Shown here: positions 45,919 to 59,873 of the stretch, piece after piece
Numbering within the stretch: position 1 is the stretch's first letter
How the letters are laid out: each line of letters opens with the position of its first letter
Origin: Macrostomum lignano
Taxonomy: Eukaryota
Reading direction: 5' to 3'
NCBI GenBank assembly: GCA_002269645.1
Contig: NIVC01000109.1
Span: forward strand, 124,001-188,000
Length of the DNA stretch: 64,000 nucleotides
Notes under the pieces: generated by a model
The model's database searches: none
Seen by the model: the letters and a program-made list of their open reading frames with translations, nothing else
Told to the model about the DNA's origin: nothing
Position numbers and translations under genes: made by a program

Positions 45919-48900
45919 ATGGCCAAAAAAGGCGTCAACTCCCCAGATCTCCTCGAGTCGCTCGCAGCCCCGGTTCTGTTTTCTCTCTCTCCCTGTGTGG
46001 CATTCGAGTCAGCCTCCCTTGGGCACAGGGATTGCTCTGGCACACTGGCACTGTTTCATAGCCGCGACAACAGAATGGGAGGCGCCTCCGCCCAGGTGTC
46101 GCATCGACTGTCAAGAAGTGACAGCTTCTACAGACGCTGCGGCAAGAAGAAGGCCCTGATCGGTCTGACCTGCTTCAACGCGTGCAGCGCCTTTGTCATC
46201 CTGTCAGTCTCCGTGGCCACCGACTTCTGGCTGTTCACCTACGAGAGGGAGAGCCGCGCGAACGGCACGGACATCATCACGCTGCACTCCGGGCTGTGGA
46301 GGAAGTGCTACCAAGCCCGGTCGATTCCGAAGCTGAATAAGCAGACCATCTTCATGTGGACGCCGGAAGTCAGTGAGTGTGGCCGAAGCCTGAAGACAAT
46401 TCAGTGTGCTCAGTATGCTCAGCATGTGGCTGATTATAAATATTCATAAAGCTTTTTTCTGAGCACAGAACCTTGACGATCGAGTGCCATAGCTTTAGTG
46501 CAACTGTCAGTTGCACTCAGCGAACCTTGAGTGCACCCTCCCAACCCTATTAAGTGAGCTCCTGTGATCTTCTTCCATTGAGAAAATTTACCTCTCACAC
46601 ATCTTCCACTATAGCGGGTATGGGAGTTCGGAGAGAGAGGAGATTTCTGCCCGAACTGTTCTCGACCCAGAGTTCTTCCCCTGGGGACCGGAGAGGAGAG
46701 TTGCCTCTCTGTTTCACTTATCTTACTTGTCCTGCGTGTCGAGGGCAAATCGAAAGCGACCCCCGGCAGTGTTGGGGATCTGACTAGGCTGGCTAGGCAT
46801 CCCAGCTTCCTGCCGAGATGACGAAGCGAGCATGACGAAGCTCATGGGGCATAACCTCAGGCTAGTCGAAGTCTGGATTGCATTGGGCGAGTCTGACCGA
46901 TACTTCGTACGATTTTTCCAGTCGAAGACACATCAGAGCTGGGCAGCAACTGCAGCTACCACAACAGGTCGCATTTCATGGCCGTGGTGGCATTTCAAGA
47001 CAAAAAGTCGGGCGATATGAAGGCCACGGATATTCGTGAGTTCGAGTTTTGTTGTTGTTGTTGATGTTGTTGTTGATACTTTTAGCAATCGATTAAATCT
47101 GATTCTCACCCGATATTGAAAATACGCGCGCAATGTCCAGCGATCCCCAGTTTGAAAATTTGACTTTCAAATAAATGCAAGGGCGGCTCGGAATTGAAAT
47201 TCAAAAGCGTCAGACAAATTAGATTTTTTATTGGTCGTCCCAGCGAGACGCAATTCCCCGCGAAGTCGAATGGGTATCCCCACTTTCAGGCCGAGATCCT
47301 TAACGAGAGGCCTGGAGGTGGAGCGAATACCCGATCGATCGCAGGCCATAGTTTTCTCGGCGATTGATTTCATTTAAATGTATATAAGCCCATAGTAGGG
47401 CTCCTAGATTGAACTGGCGGATGTCCACTCAAGGCGAAGCCTTTTCTAGTTAAGGGCGCTGATTCGTATCCATTGATCCTATTCACAAGCGAATTCTCCC
47501 TTGGGAGTTTGAAGGCTCAAAAGTGCAAACCGTAGGACATCTGCAGCTCACAGAATCCTTAGGAAAATCCTAGAGGATGTCTCGATGCTCAGCTTTCAGC
47601 TTTCCTAAAATTTTCTTCGAGTCAACATATTTTCCTAGAATAAAGCGTTTTTAATTGATTTGTAAAGCTTAAAGAAATTACATCTATGAAATTTTCGGGT
47701 TGGTTAGTTTGGGGTTCTAAAGTTTGTTAAATTTTTAGGTTTGGTGGGTTGTTAAGTTTGCTAGGCTGTTAATTTTGGTAGGTTGTAAAGTTTGTTAGGT
47801 CTTTAGGTTTGTTGAGTTGCTATGTTTGGTGGGTTGTTAAGTTTGGTGGGTGAATTGTTAAGTTTGGTGGGTTGTTAAGTTTGGTGGGTGAATTGTTAAG
47901 TTTGGTGGGTTGTTAAGTTTGGTGGGTGAATTGTTAAGTTTGGTGGGTTGTTAAGTTTTGTGGGTTTTTAATTTTGGTAGATTGCTAAGTTTGGTTGGTG
48001 GGTTATTAAGTTTGGTGGGTTGTTAAGTTTGGCGAGTTTTTAATTTTGGTAGATTGTTGAGTTTAGTGGGTTTTCAAGTTTTAGGGGTATCAAGTTTAAA
48101 AAAAATCAGAGATCATCTGAGAATGCAGCACCCTATTAAAGGCAGATAAACTTTATCACGAGAAGTCTTTACTGAGAGGCGACTGTGCAGTTTGTCTCGC
48201 CCTCGCCGCACCCGCCGCCGCAGACGACCTTCACATAGCCAGCCTGTTCCCGGCAGCTGGCCTGACCCTGCTGCTCATTGGCTGCGTGGTCACCTTCTTC
48301 AGCTTCTGCGATCCCAAAGCCATCAGACTGATCTTCATCAGCGGAGCTCTGTTCGTGTTCTCCGGTGAGGAGCTGGCTGGCCTGGGGCGCGGGATTTCAT
48401 GCCTGACTCAGTCCGTGCCTGACTCATCCCATGCCTGACTCAGTCCGTGCCTGACTCATCCCATGCCTGACTCATCCCGTGTTTGACTCATCCCATGCCT
48501 GACTCAGTCCGTGCCTGACTCACCCCATGCCTGACTCATCCCATGCCTGACTCACCCCATGCCTGACTCATCCCATGCCTGACTCACCCCATACCTGACT
48601 CATCCCGTGCCTGACTCATCCCATGCCTGACTCATCCCATGCCTGACTCACCCCATGCCTGACTCATCCCATGTCTGACTCATCCCATGCCTGACTCACC
48701 CCATGCCTGACTCACCCCATGCCTGACTCATCCCGTGCCTGACTCATCCCATACCTGACTCATCCCATGCCTGACTCACCCCCATGCCTGACTCATCCCG
48801 TGTCTGACTCGTCCCATACCTGACTCATCCCATGCCTGACTCACCCCCATGCCTGACTCATCCCGCGTCTGACTCATCCCGTGTCTGACTCCTCCCGTGT

Positions 48901-50660
48901 CTGTCTCATCCCATGCCTGACTCCTCTCGTGTCCTACTCATCCCGCGTCTGACTTATCCCATTACCTGACTCATCCCGCGTCTGACTCATCCCGTGTCTG
49001 ACTCCTCCCGTGTCTGTCTCATCCCATGCCTGACTCATCCCATGCCTGACTCACCCCATGCCTGACTCATCCCGTGCCTGACTCATCCCATGCCTGACTC
49101 CTCTCGTGTCCTACTCATCCCGTGCCTGACTCATCCCATGTCTGACTCACCCCATGCCTGACTCCTCCCGTGTCTGACTCATCCCATGCCTGACTCCTCT
49201 CGTGTCCTACTCATCCCGCGTCTGACTCATCCCATGCCTGACTCACCTCATGCCTGACTCATCCCGTGCCTGACTCATCCCATGCCTGACTCACCCCATG
49301 CCTGACTCATCCCGTGCCTGACTCATCCCATGCCTGACTCACCCCATGCCTGACTCATCCCGTGCCTGACTCATCCCATGCCTGACTCACCCCATGCCTG
49401 ACTCATCCCGCGTCTGACTCATCCCGTGCCTGACTCATCCCATGTCTGACTCACCCCATGCCTGACTCATCCCGCGTCTGACTCATCCTGTGTCTGACTC
49501 CTCCCGCGTCTGACTCATCCCATGCCTGACTCCTCTCGTGTCCTACTCATCCCGCGTCTGACTTATCCCATTACCTGACTCATCCCATGCCTGACTCACC
49601 CCATACCTGACTCATCCCATGCCTGACTCATCCCATGCCTGACTCACCCCATGCCTGACTCATCGCATGCCTGACTCACCCCATGCCTGACTCACCCCAT
49701 GCCTGACTCACCCCATGCCTGACTCATCGCATGCCTGACTCACCCCATGCCTGACTCACCCCATGCCTGACTCACCCCATGCCTGACTCATCCCATGCAC
49801 TTTCCCGCACCGAAGGTCTCTGCCTGCTCATCGGCATTGTGCTGTACGTCGGCAGCATCAGCGAGGCATTCGACAGCTCCTCGGCCAGCATTTCCGGCGA
49901 TCAGAAATACGTGTACCGCTACGGATCATCCTTCTACCTGTGCGTGATCGGCTTCGTGTTCACCGAGTTCTCCGGGGTGTTCGCCGTGTATTTGTACATC
50001 GCCAGGTCGAAACACTACGCCAGCAGGAAGGCCAAATTGGCCGACGCCACCGCCGCTGCTGGCAACTGCACCGGCGGCAACGGCGGGAACAGCAACAGCC
50101 GACTGCCAGTCAGCGGCAGCAACAATGCAAACAGCCTAGGAGGGCACCGAGCTACCATCGAGTCGACACTGATGCAGCATCGGCATCGAAATTGGCAGAG
50201 CTGCCGTCCGCAGAGTCCCGAGATCCACCTGCTACCGCCACCGCCTCCGCATCCGCCACAGTCGTCGACATCGAAACGCGTTCCGCCTCCGCCGCCTCCG
50301 CCGCCGCCGCAGTACCATCTGCACAGCCTGAAGCATCCGTACCAGGACTACAACAATCCAGACGGCTCGTTGCAGGACTCCTGGAGCTACTTACCGGACG
50401 GGGAGGACAACGAAGAGGAGCGCGACGATTTCGTGTCCAGAGAAAGGCACCCGGAGCTGATGATGGCGGCGTCAGACGCTGACACCGGGTCGCCACCGCG
50501 ATTCGTTCCGACACCGGAGGTCGTCGCGAGGAGCTCCCTGCAGCAGCTTCATCATCATCATCAGCAGCAGCAGCATAATCGATATCTTCATCATTCAGCG
50601 TATTCAAGAGGCACAATCGGTTACCATGGAAACAGCAGAGCCAAGACAACGCCAGTTTGA
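45919..50660 (+). CDS. CACNG: TARP / stargazin-like AMPA-receptor auxiliary subunit (PMP22-claudin fold)
   Basis: Exons 45919 (or 46075)-46372, 46922-47035, 48224-48364 and 49816-50660. Motifs VSVATDFWL, LHSGLWRKC, SLFP..GL.LL..G, YRYGSSFY and TEFSGVFAVYLYI. C-terminus ends ..RAKTTPV*. Confidence 0.92.
47745..48065. repeat. Degenerate ~17-20-bp minisatellite (GTTAAGTTTGGTGGGTT)n in TARP intron 2
   Basis: Direct reading. Confidence 0.85.
48400..49797. repeat. 16-bp minisatellite (ATGCCTGACTCATCCC)n filling TARP intron 3
   Basis: About 85 units. Confidence 0.96.
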
Positions 50661-51114
50661 TGACATGATCAAATCGTGTCAAATGCTTCAGTTAAATTAT
50701 TCAATTTAATTACAGAGTTTTCCAGAAAAGGAACAAAAATTCGCTTCGCATGCATAAATGCTTTGATTCAGCGCTTTGACTCTTGAGCTGTAGTTAGTTT
50801 GGAGTCGATTTTGCAGAGAGTCGTAGCGATTCACCATCTAGCTAAGCTTTAGTCCGTGTTCTGTCAGTAGCATTTTTAGTCAGGCTAAACTAGATACTCA
50901 AAACTAGAACTCCTCACCTTTTAAAAACTTAATAAACGCTTGTGAAGACCATTTAAATTGAATATTTGTAAAGTTTTTAACGGCCAATTTTTTCTGAAAT
51001 AAAGCAATGTACTTGTAGTTTAATTTTATCAAATTGTTTAATATAGTATTGTAGAATAGCAAATCGAAAACAGGACTTTTCTGTCTTTTTCTATTCTATT
51101 CTCTCTTGCAGGCG

Positions 51115-52245
51115 TTGCTGAATGTAAATTGGCGACGAAATTCACTCTCATCTAGCTGGATGTACATTGGCGACGAAATTCTCTCTCATCTAGCTGGATG
51201 TACATTGGCGACGAAATTCTCTCTCCTCTAACTGGATGTACATTGGCGACGAAATTCTCTCTCCTCTAACTGGATGTACATTGGCGAAGAAATTCTCTCT
51301 CATCTAGCTGGATGTACATTGGCGACGAAATTCTCTCTCCTGTAGCTGAATGTACATTGGCGACGAAATTCTCTCTCATCTAGCTGGATGTACATTGGCG
51401 ACGAAATTCTCTCTCATCTAGCTGGATGTACATTGGCGACGAAATTCTCTCTTATCTAGCTGGATGTACATTGGCGACGAAATTCTCTCTCATCTAGCTG
51501 GATGTACATTGGCGACGAAATTCTCTCTTATCTAGCTGGATGTACATTGGCGACGAAATTCTCTCTCATCTAGCTGGATGTACATTGGCGACGAAATTCT
51601 CTCTCATCTAGCTGGATGTACATTGGCGACGAAATTCTCTCTCATCTAGCTGGATGTACATTGGCGACGAAATTCTCTCTCATCTAGCTGGATGTACATT
51701 GGCGACGAAATTCTCTCTCATCTAGCTGGATGTACATTGGCGACGAAATTCTCTCTCATCTAGCTGGATGTACATTGGCGACTAAATTCTCTCTCATCTA
51801 GCTGGATGTACATTGGCGACTAAATTCTCTCTCATCTAGCTGGATGTACATTGGCGACGAAATTCTCTCTCATCTAGCTGGATGTACATTGGCGACGAAA
51901 TTCTCTCTCATCTAGCTGGATGTACATTGGCGACGAAATTCTCTCTCATCTAGCTGGATGTACATTGGCGACGAAATTCTCTCTCATCTAGCTGGATGTA
52001 CATTGGCGACGAAATTCTCTCTCATCTAGCTGGATGTACATTGGCGACGAAATTCTCTCTCATCTAGCTGGATGTACATTGGCGACGAAATTCTCTCTCA
52101 TCTAGCTGGATGTACATTGGCGACGAAATTCTCTCTCATCTAGCTGGATGTACATTGGCGACGAAATTCTCTCTCATCTAGCTGAATGTACATTGGAGAC
52201 GAAATCCTCTCTCTTCTATGCGTAGCTGAATGTACATTGGAGACA
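51115..52245. repeat. 38-bp satellite (TAGCTGGATGTACATTGGCGACGAAATTCTCTCTCATC)n between the TARP and NAV 3' ends
   Basis: About 29 highly homogeneous units with no spacers. Confidence 0.97.
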
Positions 52246-52705
52246 AAAAATGAGTGCAAATAGTTTAAACTGCCATTCCCTACACAAATATTCCGCGGTC
52301 TAATATCTGTACTATGTATTAACGATCAGCTTTAAAGCCGACAGAAATGTTGAAAAAATCAGCGAATATTTAAGATGATTGAATTTCAACTCTAAAAGAA
52401 ACTTTTAAAAACGATGGGTGACGGTTTTACATGGAGCTACGGATTAATGAAAAATGGAGTTTAAATGAATAATTCTCCCATCTCGCTACTCGAAAGTAAC
52501 CTAGTCGAGCATTCAAAAAACGAATAAAATGTTAAAATTAAAAGCGCAAAATTTAAAATAGCAATATGACTGATTGGCCGGTTGAAAAAATTCGATAGAC
52601 AAGCGGTCTGTACAAAACTACTTGAAGTTCTTCTATGAGTAGCAATTGTAATATATAAACCAGTTTATTCTTCGAAGCACTTGATTGCGACTTGATTGCA
52701 TTTAG

Positions 52706-55700
52706 TTAAACATTGTCTTCCTCGCCTCTGCCAGAAGCAGATGCAGCCTCCCTCAGCTTCATCAGCATGGTCATCAGCGGGTCCGGAGCTGCCGTTTGAG
52801 ACCGCAGTCTCACCAGCTCTCCATCGCCTGGTGGCAGCTCAGGCCATGGCCAGGTGGACATCACCCAGTCTGCTGGGTCCTCCCAGTCTTCGGCGGAGGA
52901 CTGGGTCATCGAGGATGCTGCTAGCAGCCTGCGGGCACAATTCGGTGGTTTTGTATATGGCTGGACTCGATTTGTCTATGGTTGGACTGGTTTGTCTATG
53001 GCTGGACTCGATTTGTCTATGGTTGGATTGGTTTGTCTATGGCTGGACTCGATTTGTCTATGGTTGGACTGGTTTTGTCTATGGATGGACTGGTTTTGTC
53101 TATGGTTGGACTGGTTTTGTCTATGGTTGGACTGGTTTTGTCTATGGTTGGATTTTTTTTTGTCTATGGTTTGGACTGGTTTTGTCTATGGTTGGATTGG
53201 TTTTGTCTATGGTTTGGACTGGTTTTGTATATGGTTGGACTCGATTTGTCTATGGTTGGACTGGTTTTGTCTATGGTTGGACTCGATTTGTCTATGGTTT
53301 GGACTGGTTTTGTCTATGGTTGGACTGGTTTTGTACATGGATGGACTCGATTTGTCTATGTTTGGACTGGTTTTGTCTATGGTTGGACTCGATTTGTCTA
53401 TGGTTGGACTGGTTTTGTCTATGGTTGGACTGGTTTTGTCTATGGATGGACTGGTTTTGTCTATGGTTGTACTGGTTTTGTCTATGGTTGGACTGGTTTT
53501 GTCTATGAATGGACTCGATTTGTCTATGGTTGGACTGGTTTTGTCTATGCTTTGGACTGCGTTTGTCTATGGTTGGACTGGTTTTGTCTATGGTTGGACT
53601 GGTTTTCTCTATGGTTGGACTGGTTTTGTCTATGGTTGGACTGGTTTTGTCTATGGTTGGACTGGTTTTGTCTATGGTTGGACTGGTTTTGTCTATGGTT
53701 GGACTGGTTTTGTCTATGGTTGGACTGGTTTTGTCTATGGTTGGACTGGTTTTGTCTATGGTTGGATTTTTTTTTGTCTATGGTTGGACTGGTTTTCTCT
53801 ATGGTTCGACTGGTTTCTCTTACTACTTGACTAGCTCAGCATTGAAGTCTCACCTTGGCGCCAGCGAGTGGTTCCACAGGCTGACAAACCAGTCACGTGA
53901 CGCCGCCGGGTCCAGCGGGCAGCCGAGCAGCGGCCCCGGTCCGACCGTGGCGTCCGGGCCGCCGCCCCGGGCCTCCAGGAAGGAGTTCACCCGCTGCCAG
54001 GCCCCGGGCAGCCAGTCGTCAAGTTGGTGCCGCCGCGGCGGCTCGGCGGTCTGTTTGGACGGCGGCTGGGAAGCTTCGGCCACCAGGCGTTGTCGGCGAA
54101 GGTGACGACCGAGCAGGCCTCGCACTGGCTCCAGATGGTTGGCGCACAGCAGCCAACGAAATCCACTGTTGGGGTGATTTTGAGTAGGGAGAGAGACTTG
54201 AGCACAGGAATTCTATGGCGTTTATACAGAGTACGCAGTACACAACAGTACACAGCACACAGCACACAGTACACAGTACACAGCACACAGTACACAGCAC
54301 ACAGTACATAGTACACAGTACACAGCACACAGTACACAGCACACAGTACACAGTACACAGCACACAGTACACAGTACACAGCACACAGTACACAGCACAC
54401 AGTACACAGCACACAGCACTCAGCACACAGTACACAACACACAGTACACAACACACAGCACTCGGCACACAGTACACAACACACAGCACTCGGCACACAG
54501 TACACAGTACACAGCACACAGTACACAGCACACAGTACACAGCACTCGGCACACATCCCGAATTCCCCAGCACCCCTGGCAGCCCAGCTCACACTTCACC
54601 GCCGATGCCGCCATCGTCCAGCGCCTGCAGCTGCCGCAGCCCCCGCCGCACGGTGCAGATGATGTACAACCGGCTGGCAGCCAATCCGCTTCGAGCTTCG
54701 GCCAGCGGCCCCAGGTGCTGCAGGCTGTCCAGCAGCAGAACCTGGACTCCGCGAGACGGCCGCTTCGGGTCCGGTTCCGCGACTGACTGCGCCACGGCCT
54801 CGGCCAGGAAGGCCCGCAGCTCCTGTTCGCTGCGACGTAATTCTCCGGAGAATTCGGCCACAGCGCCGGAGACGTCGGCCTCCTCGTCGTCGTCTGAGCG
54901 GCGTCGGTCCAAGCGCGCCATGTGACGGGCGAGCCGCCGGGCCAAGAAAGTCTTGCCTGCCCGATTGGATGGGATTTTTTATCAGTTTGAATGCTCGAGT
55001 CTTTTTACTTGTAGTACAGTGTAAATAAAGTTCACTAAAACTTGAGGAAAATACAATATTTGTATGCTGAGATAAAAATGGGGTTTAAAAGAGAGGACAG
55101 GCAAGGAGAGAGGAGAGATGAGAGAAAAAGAGAGGATATGAGAGGCGGGAGAGAGCAGAGAGATACGAGGAGATGAGAAGGGAGATGTGAGGGAAAAAGA
55201 GGGGAGAGAGGAGATGAGACGGGAGAGAGGGGATGAGAGGGGAGAGAGGGGATGAGAGGGGAGAGAGGGGATGAGAGGGGAGAGAGGGGATGAGAGGGGA
55301 GAGAGGGGATGGGAGGGGAGAGAGGATGAGAGGGGAGAGAGATGAGAGGGTAGAGAGGAGATGAGAGGAGAGAGGGGAGATGAGAGGGGAGAGGGGATGA
55401 GAGGGGAGAGGGGAGAGAGGAGATGAGAGGGGAGATGAGAGGGGAGAGGGGATGAGAGGGGAGAGGGGATGAGAGGGGAGAGGAGATGAGAGGGGAGAGA
55501 GGAGATGAGAGGGGAGAGGAGATGAGCGGGGAGAGGGGATGAGAGGGGAGAGGAGATGAGAGGGGAGAGAGGAGATGAGAGGGGAGAGGAGATGAGCGGG
55601 GAGAGGGGATGAGAGGGGAGAGGAGATGAGAGGGGAGAGGAGATGAGAGGGGAGTGGAGATGAGAGGGGAGAGGAGATGAGAGGGGAGAGGAGATGAGAG

Positions 55701-58700
55701 GAGAGAGGGGAGATGAGAGGGGAGAGGGGATGAGAGGGGAGAGGGGAGAGAGGAGATGAGAGGGGAGATGAGAGGGGAGATGAGATGAGCGGGGAGAGGA
55801 GATGAGAGGGGAGAGGAGATGAGAGGGGAGAGGAGATGAGAGGGGAGAGAGGGGATGAGTGGATAGTAAAGACAGATACTGCAGCAAAGTAATTAGTGAA
55901 CCCCAAAAGCATTGAGTCCATAGGAGCAGCAGAATCTGATTTGAAAATCGCAGCATACTCGTAGCAGCAGCAGACGCAATAAATCAAAATTAATGAGATG
56001 GCTCTGAACTCAGCAGCAGCATTGGCTCCCCATTCTCTGAGCCAGGTGCCTTGGCCCCAGGCCTGCTGGTGTCACCTTAGAGAAATCGCTTATTTCATCT
56101 TTGGAAATCGATGAAGGCTCTCCAACAGAGGCCCAGCAGCCTCCAGCCCTCAAGTTTTTCATCCACTTCCCATCTTATCACCTCGCCCCGGAGCCCGATC
56201 TAAATAGGGGAGAATTATTGCACTCAGATTCCTCATTTAGTGTTGGGTCAGCCTGGGCACCAGGGATTTCAGTCGAGCCCAAAAATATCCCTATAATTCC
56301 TCCCTTCATCCCCTTAGGACGCCGGTTTGTTTGCGTGTCCGCAAGCCGGCTCGGTGCAGTCGATTCCTGGAAATAGAAATTTGCGTGTTTCCTAGAAATT
56401 CATGGAAAACATTACGAGTCGTATTGCAGAGGAAGTACCACATGTACTGTTGAATTTCTGCCCAAGGACTTTAATTTAAAGTGGCAGTTTTTGATCGTGC
56501 AGTCAAACGATACAAAAATGGCAATTTGCAAGGTTAAGCTGATTTGGACGCGGTTAGTACTCAACAGTGCAGTGGCCAATGAAGCGTAGAAACCATTCAG
56601 ATACTAAACTTCCGACACCTACTTTCTGAAAATCCGGATCTTTGCCATTGTATCTACAGCGTTTCCTGGACTGTACATCCCTTTGGGTTCCCCCTCCTTC
56701 AGGTTCCACCTCCTTCAGGTTCCCCCTCCTAGAGGTTCCACCTTCAGGTTCCCCTAGAGGTTCCCCCTCCTTCAGGTTCCCCTCCAGGTTCCCCCTCCTC
56801 CAGGTTCCCCCTCCTTCAGGTTCCCCCTTCTTCAGGTTCCCCCTCCTTCAGGTTCCCCCTTCTTCAGGTTCCCCTCCATCAGGTTCTCCCTTCTTCAGGT
56901 TCCCCCTCCTTCAGGTTCCCCCTCCATCAGGTTCCCCCTCCTTCAGGTTCCCCCTCCATCAGGTTCCCCCTCCATCAGGTTCCGCTTCCTTCAGGCCCCC
57001 CTTCCTTCAGGTTCCACCTCCTTCAGGTTCCCCCTCCTAGAGGTTCCACCTTCAGGTTCCCCTCGAGGTTCCCCCTCCTTCAGGTTCCCCCTTCTTCAGG
57101 TTCCCCTCCATCAGGTTCTCCCTTCTTCAGGTTCCCCCTCCTTCAGGTTCCCCCTCCATCAGGTTCCCCCTCCTTCAGGTTCCCCCTCCATCAGGTTCCC
57201 CCTCCATCAGGTTCCGCTTCCTTCAGGTCCCCCTTCCTTCAGGTTCCACCTCCTTCAGGTTCCCCCTCCTAGAGGTTCCACCTTCAGGTTCCCCTCGAGG
57301 TTCCCCCTCCTTCAGGTTCCCCTCCATCAGGTTCTCCCTTCTTCAGGTTCCCCCTCCTTCAGGTTCCCCCTCCATCAGGTTCCCCCTCCATCAGGTTCCG
57401 CTTCCTTCAGGTCCCCCTTCCTTCAGGTTCCACCTCCTTCAGGTTTCCCTCCTTCAGGTTCCCCCTCCTTCAGGTTCTCCCTCCTTCAGGTTTCCCTCCT
57501 TCAGGTTCCCCCTTCTTCAGGTTCCCCTCCATCAGGTTCTCCCTTCTTCAGGTTCCCCCTCCTTCAGGTTCCCCCTCCATCAGGTTCCCCCTCCTTCAGG
57601 TTCTCCCTCCTTCAGGTTTCCCTCCTTCAGGTTCCGCTTCTTTCAGGCTCCCCCTCCTTCAGGTTCCACCCCCCTCCCATTAAAGTTCCTCTTGCAGGTT
57701 CCTCCTGAAGCGGCTTAAGCGACTCACCAGTGCCAGTCGGGCCGCACAGCACTAGCCGACGGTGCTCGGCCAGCAGGCAGATGTACCGCTGCAGCACCGC
57801 TTTGGGCACCAGCGTCGCGAATGCGAGAGCGTCAAGAGAAGAGCCGCCGCCGCCGCCGCTGCCTTCGCTGTCGAAGTCGCGCAGGACCAGGCGCAGCTGG
57901 CAGCGGCTGACGCGGCCGCCGCCATCGTCGGAGGCGAAGGCCGCCAGCTGCTGGTAGGGCGTCGTGGCTGTTGAAGTCAAGGAATCGACGCTGACGCCAG
58001 AGTCCTTGAAGCCGACAAGGAGGCAGGCGGCCACAGAGTCGGCGCCGAGCCCGAGGCCGCCCGGAGGGTCGACGCGGACGGCGAATTCGCGCAGCAGCCG
58101 ACGCGCGCCGGCGGCGACATCCGGCCAGGCGGCAGCGGCGCCGACGCGCAGCCGGCCGATCGGCGTCGGAGTGTCGACGTCCACGACGACGGTAAGCAAG
58201 AGCGACGCCGCGCTATCGTTGCCGCTGCCGCTGACGTGGACGCCGACCGGCCAGTCCAGCAGATTGACGACCTCCGGGCTGCCGCCGGCGCTACCGTCGA
58301 CTCCAGCGCGCATCTGCGCAATAGCGGCGCGCAGCTGGTTAATCTCGGCGTCGCCGCGCCTCGCGTTGGACGTCAGCTCGAGCAGACGGGCTGACGCGCC
58401 GCCCAGCCGGCGCTCAAATGCCGACACGGCGCTGGCGTTGACGTTCAGCGCCGCCGACAAGCTGCTGGCGCGCTGCCGGGCCTCGGCGAGCTCCCGGCGA
58501 AGCTGGCGAATCTCTCGGCCCCGACGCTCGGCGGCCGACGGCGATGAAGACGACGTTGGCGAAGAGAGCAGCGAGGCGGAGCCGGGGCCGGCGCGGTCCA
58601 ACGAGGCGAAGCGGCCGGCGGAGCAGCCGCCCGGGTACGGCAGCTGGACGCCTTCCAGACCTCGCCGTCTCTGCTGCTGCTGACCGGAGTAAAGCATCGG

Positions 58701-59835
58701 TCCGGCCGCCGACTCGTTGTCAGAGTAGGAGCCGGTGGCTGAATCCGAACGGCGCTGCTGCTGCCGGCCCAGCCCCAGCTGGCGACGCTGCCTCAGCAAG
58801 CTGCCGCCGGCCGGGCTGCCGCAGGTCTCGACGTCCGACAGGCACAGCGGGGCTCCCGTGGCGCGTAGGCGGCACTGCGAAGCTTCCGCGGCGGCTTCCG
58901 CGGCTGCGGCGGCTGCGGCGGCGGCTGCTGCTGCTGAAGATTCTTCGTCGCACTCGTCGGCCGATCCGTAGCACCTGTGGCAGCGCCTGGCCTGCTGCTG
59001 CTGCTGCTGGCCGCGGCTCTGAGACTGATTTGAGCTGGTGGAGCGCCTGGGAACAAAAAAAAATTTTGAAATGTCGGCAGGTTCCCACAATGGACTACCG
59101 TTGCCAACCCTAACGCCCAGCTGACTCCCCTGACACCCAGCTGACTCCCCTGACACCCAGCTGACTCCTCTGACACCCAGCTGACTCTCTGGCACCCAGC
59201 TGACTCCTCTGACACCCAGCTGACTCCCCTGACACCCAGCTGACTCCCCTGACACCCAGCTGACTCCTCTGACACCCAGCTGACTCCTCTGACACCCAGC
59301 TGACTCCTCTGACATCCAGCTGACTCCTCTGACACCCAGCTGACTCCTCTGACACCCAGCTGACTCCTCTGACACCCAGCTGACTCCCCTGACACCCAGC
59401 TGACTCCCCTGACACCCAGCTGACTCCCCTGACACCCAGCTGACTCCCCTGACACCTAACCACCGTTTCTGGCACATCCAACATCAACTGATATCCAGAT
59501 ATCTTTTCCTATACCCGTAATTGTTTCCTGACACCGGTCCTCCTTTCCTGACACCGGTCCTCCTTTCCTGACACCGGTTATCCTTTCCTGACGCCCACAA
59601 TCCTTTCCTGACATCAGTTATCCTTTACTGACACCCACCATCCTTTCCTGACATTCATTAACCATACCCTGACACTATTAAACTTCCTCTGATGCTTGAA
59701 TACCTTTCCCGACACCTATAAGCTTACCTTGACAACTATCTAGTTACTTTCACTGACTACAGTATCTGTAGTGTCTCCAGCTGCCTCCAGTATCACTTAC
59801 ACCTCGAAAAATAAAAATTTACCTCGATGGCAACG

Positions 59836-59873
<38 letters not shown>

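Noticed and set aside
51115-52245. CRISPR-like regular 30-38-bp repeats (also 36369-37077 and 62676-63053)
   Set aside because: Units are head-to-tail with no unique spacers, there are no cas genes, and the context is eukaryotic.
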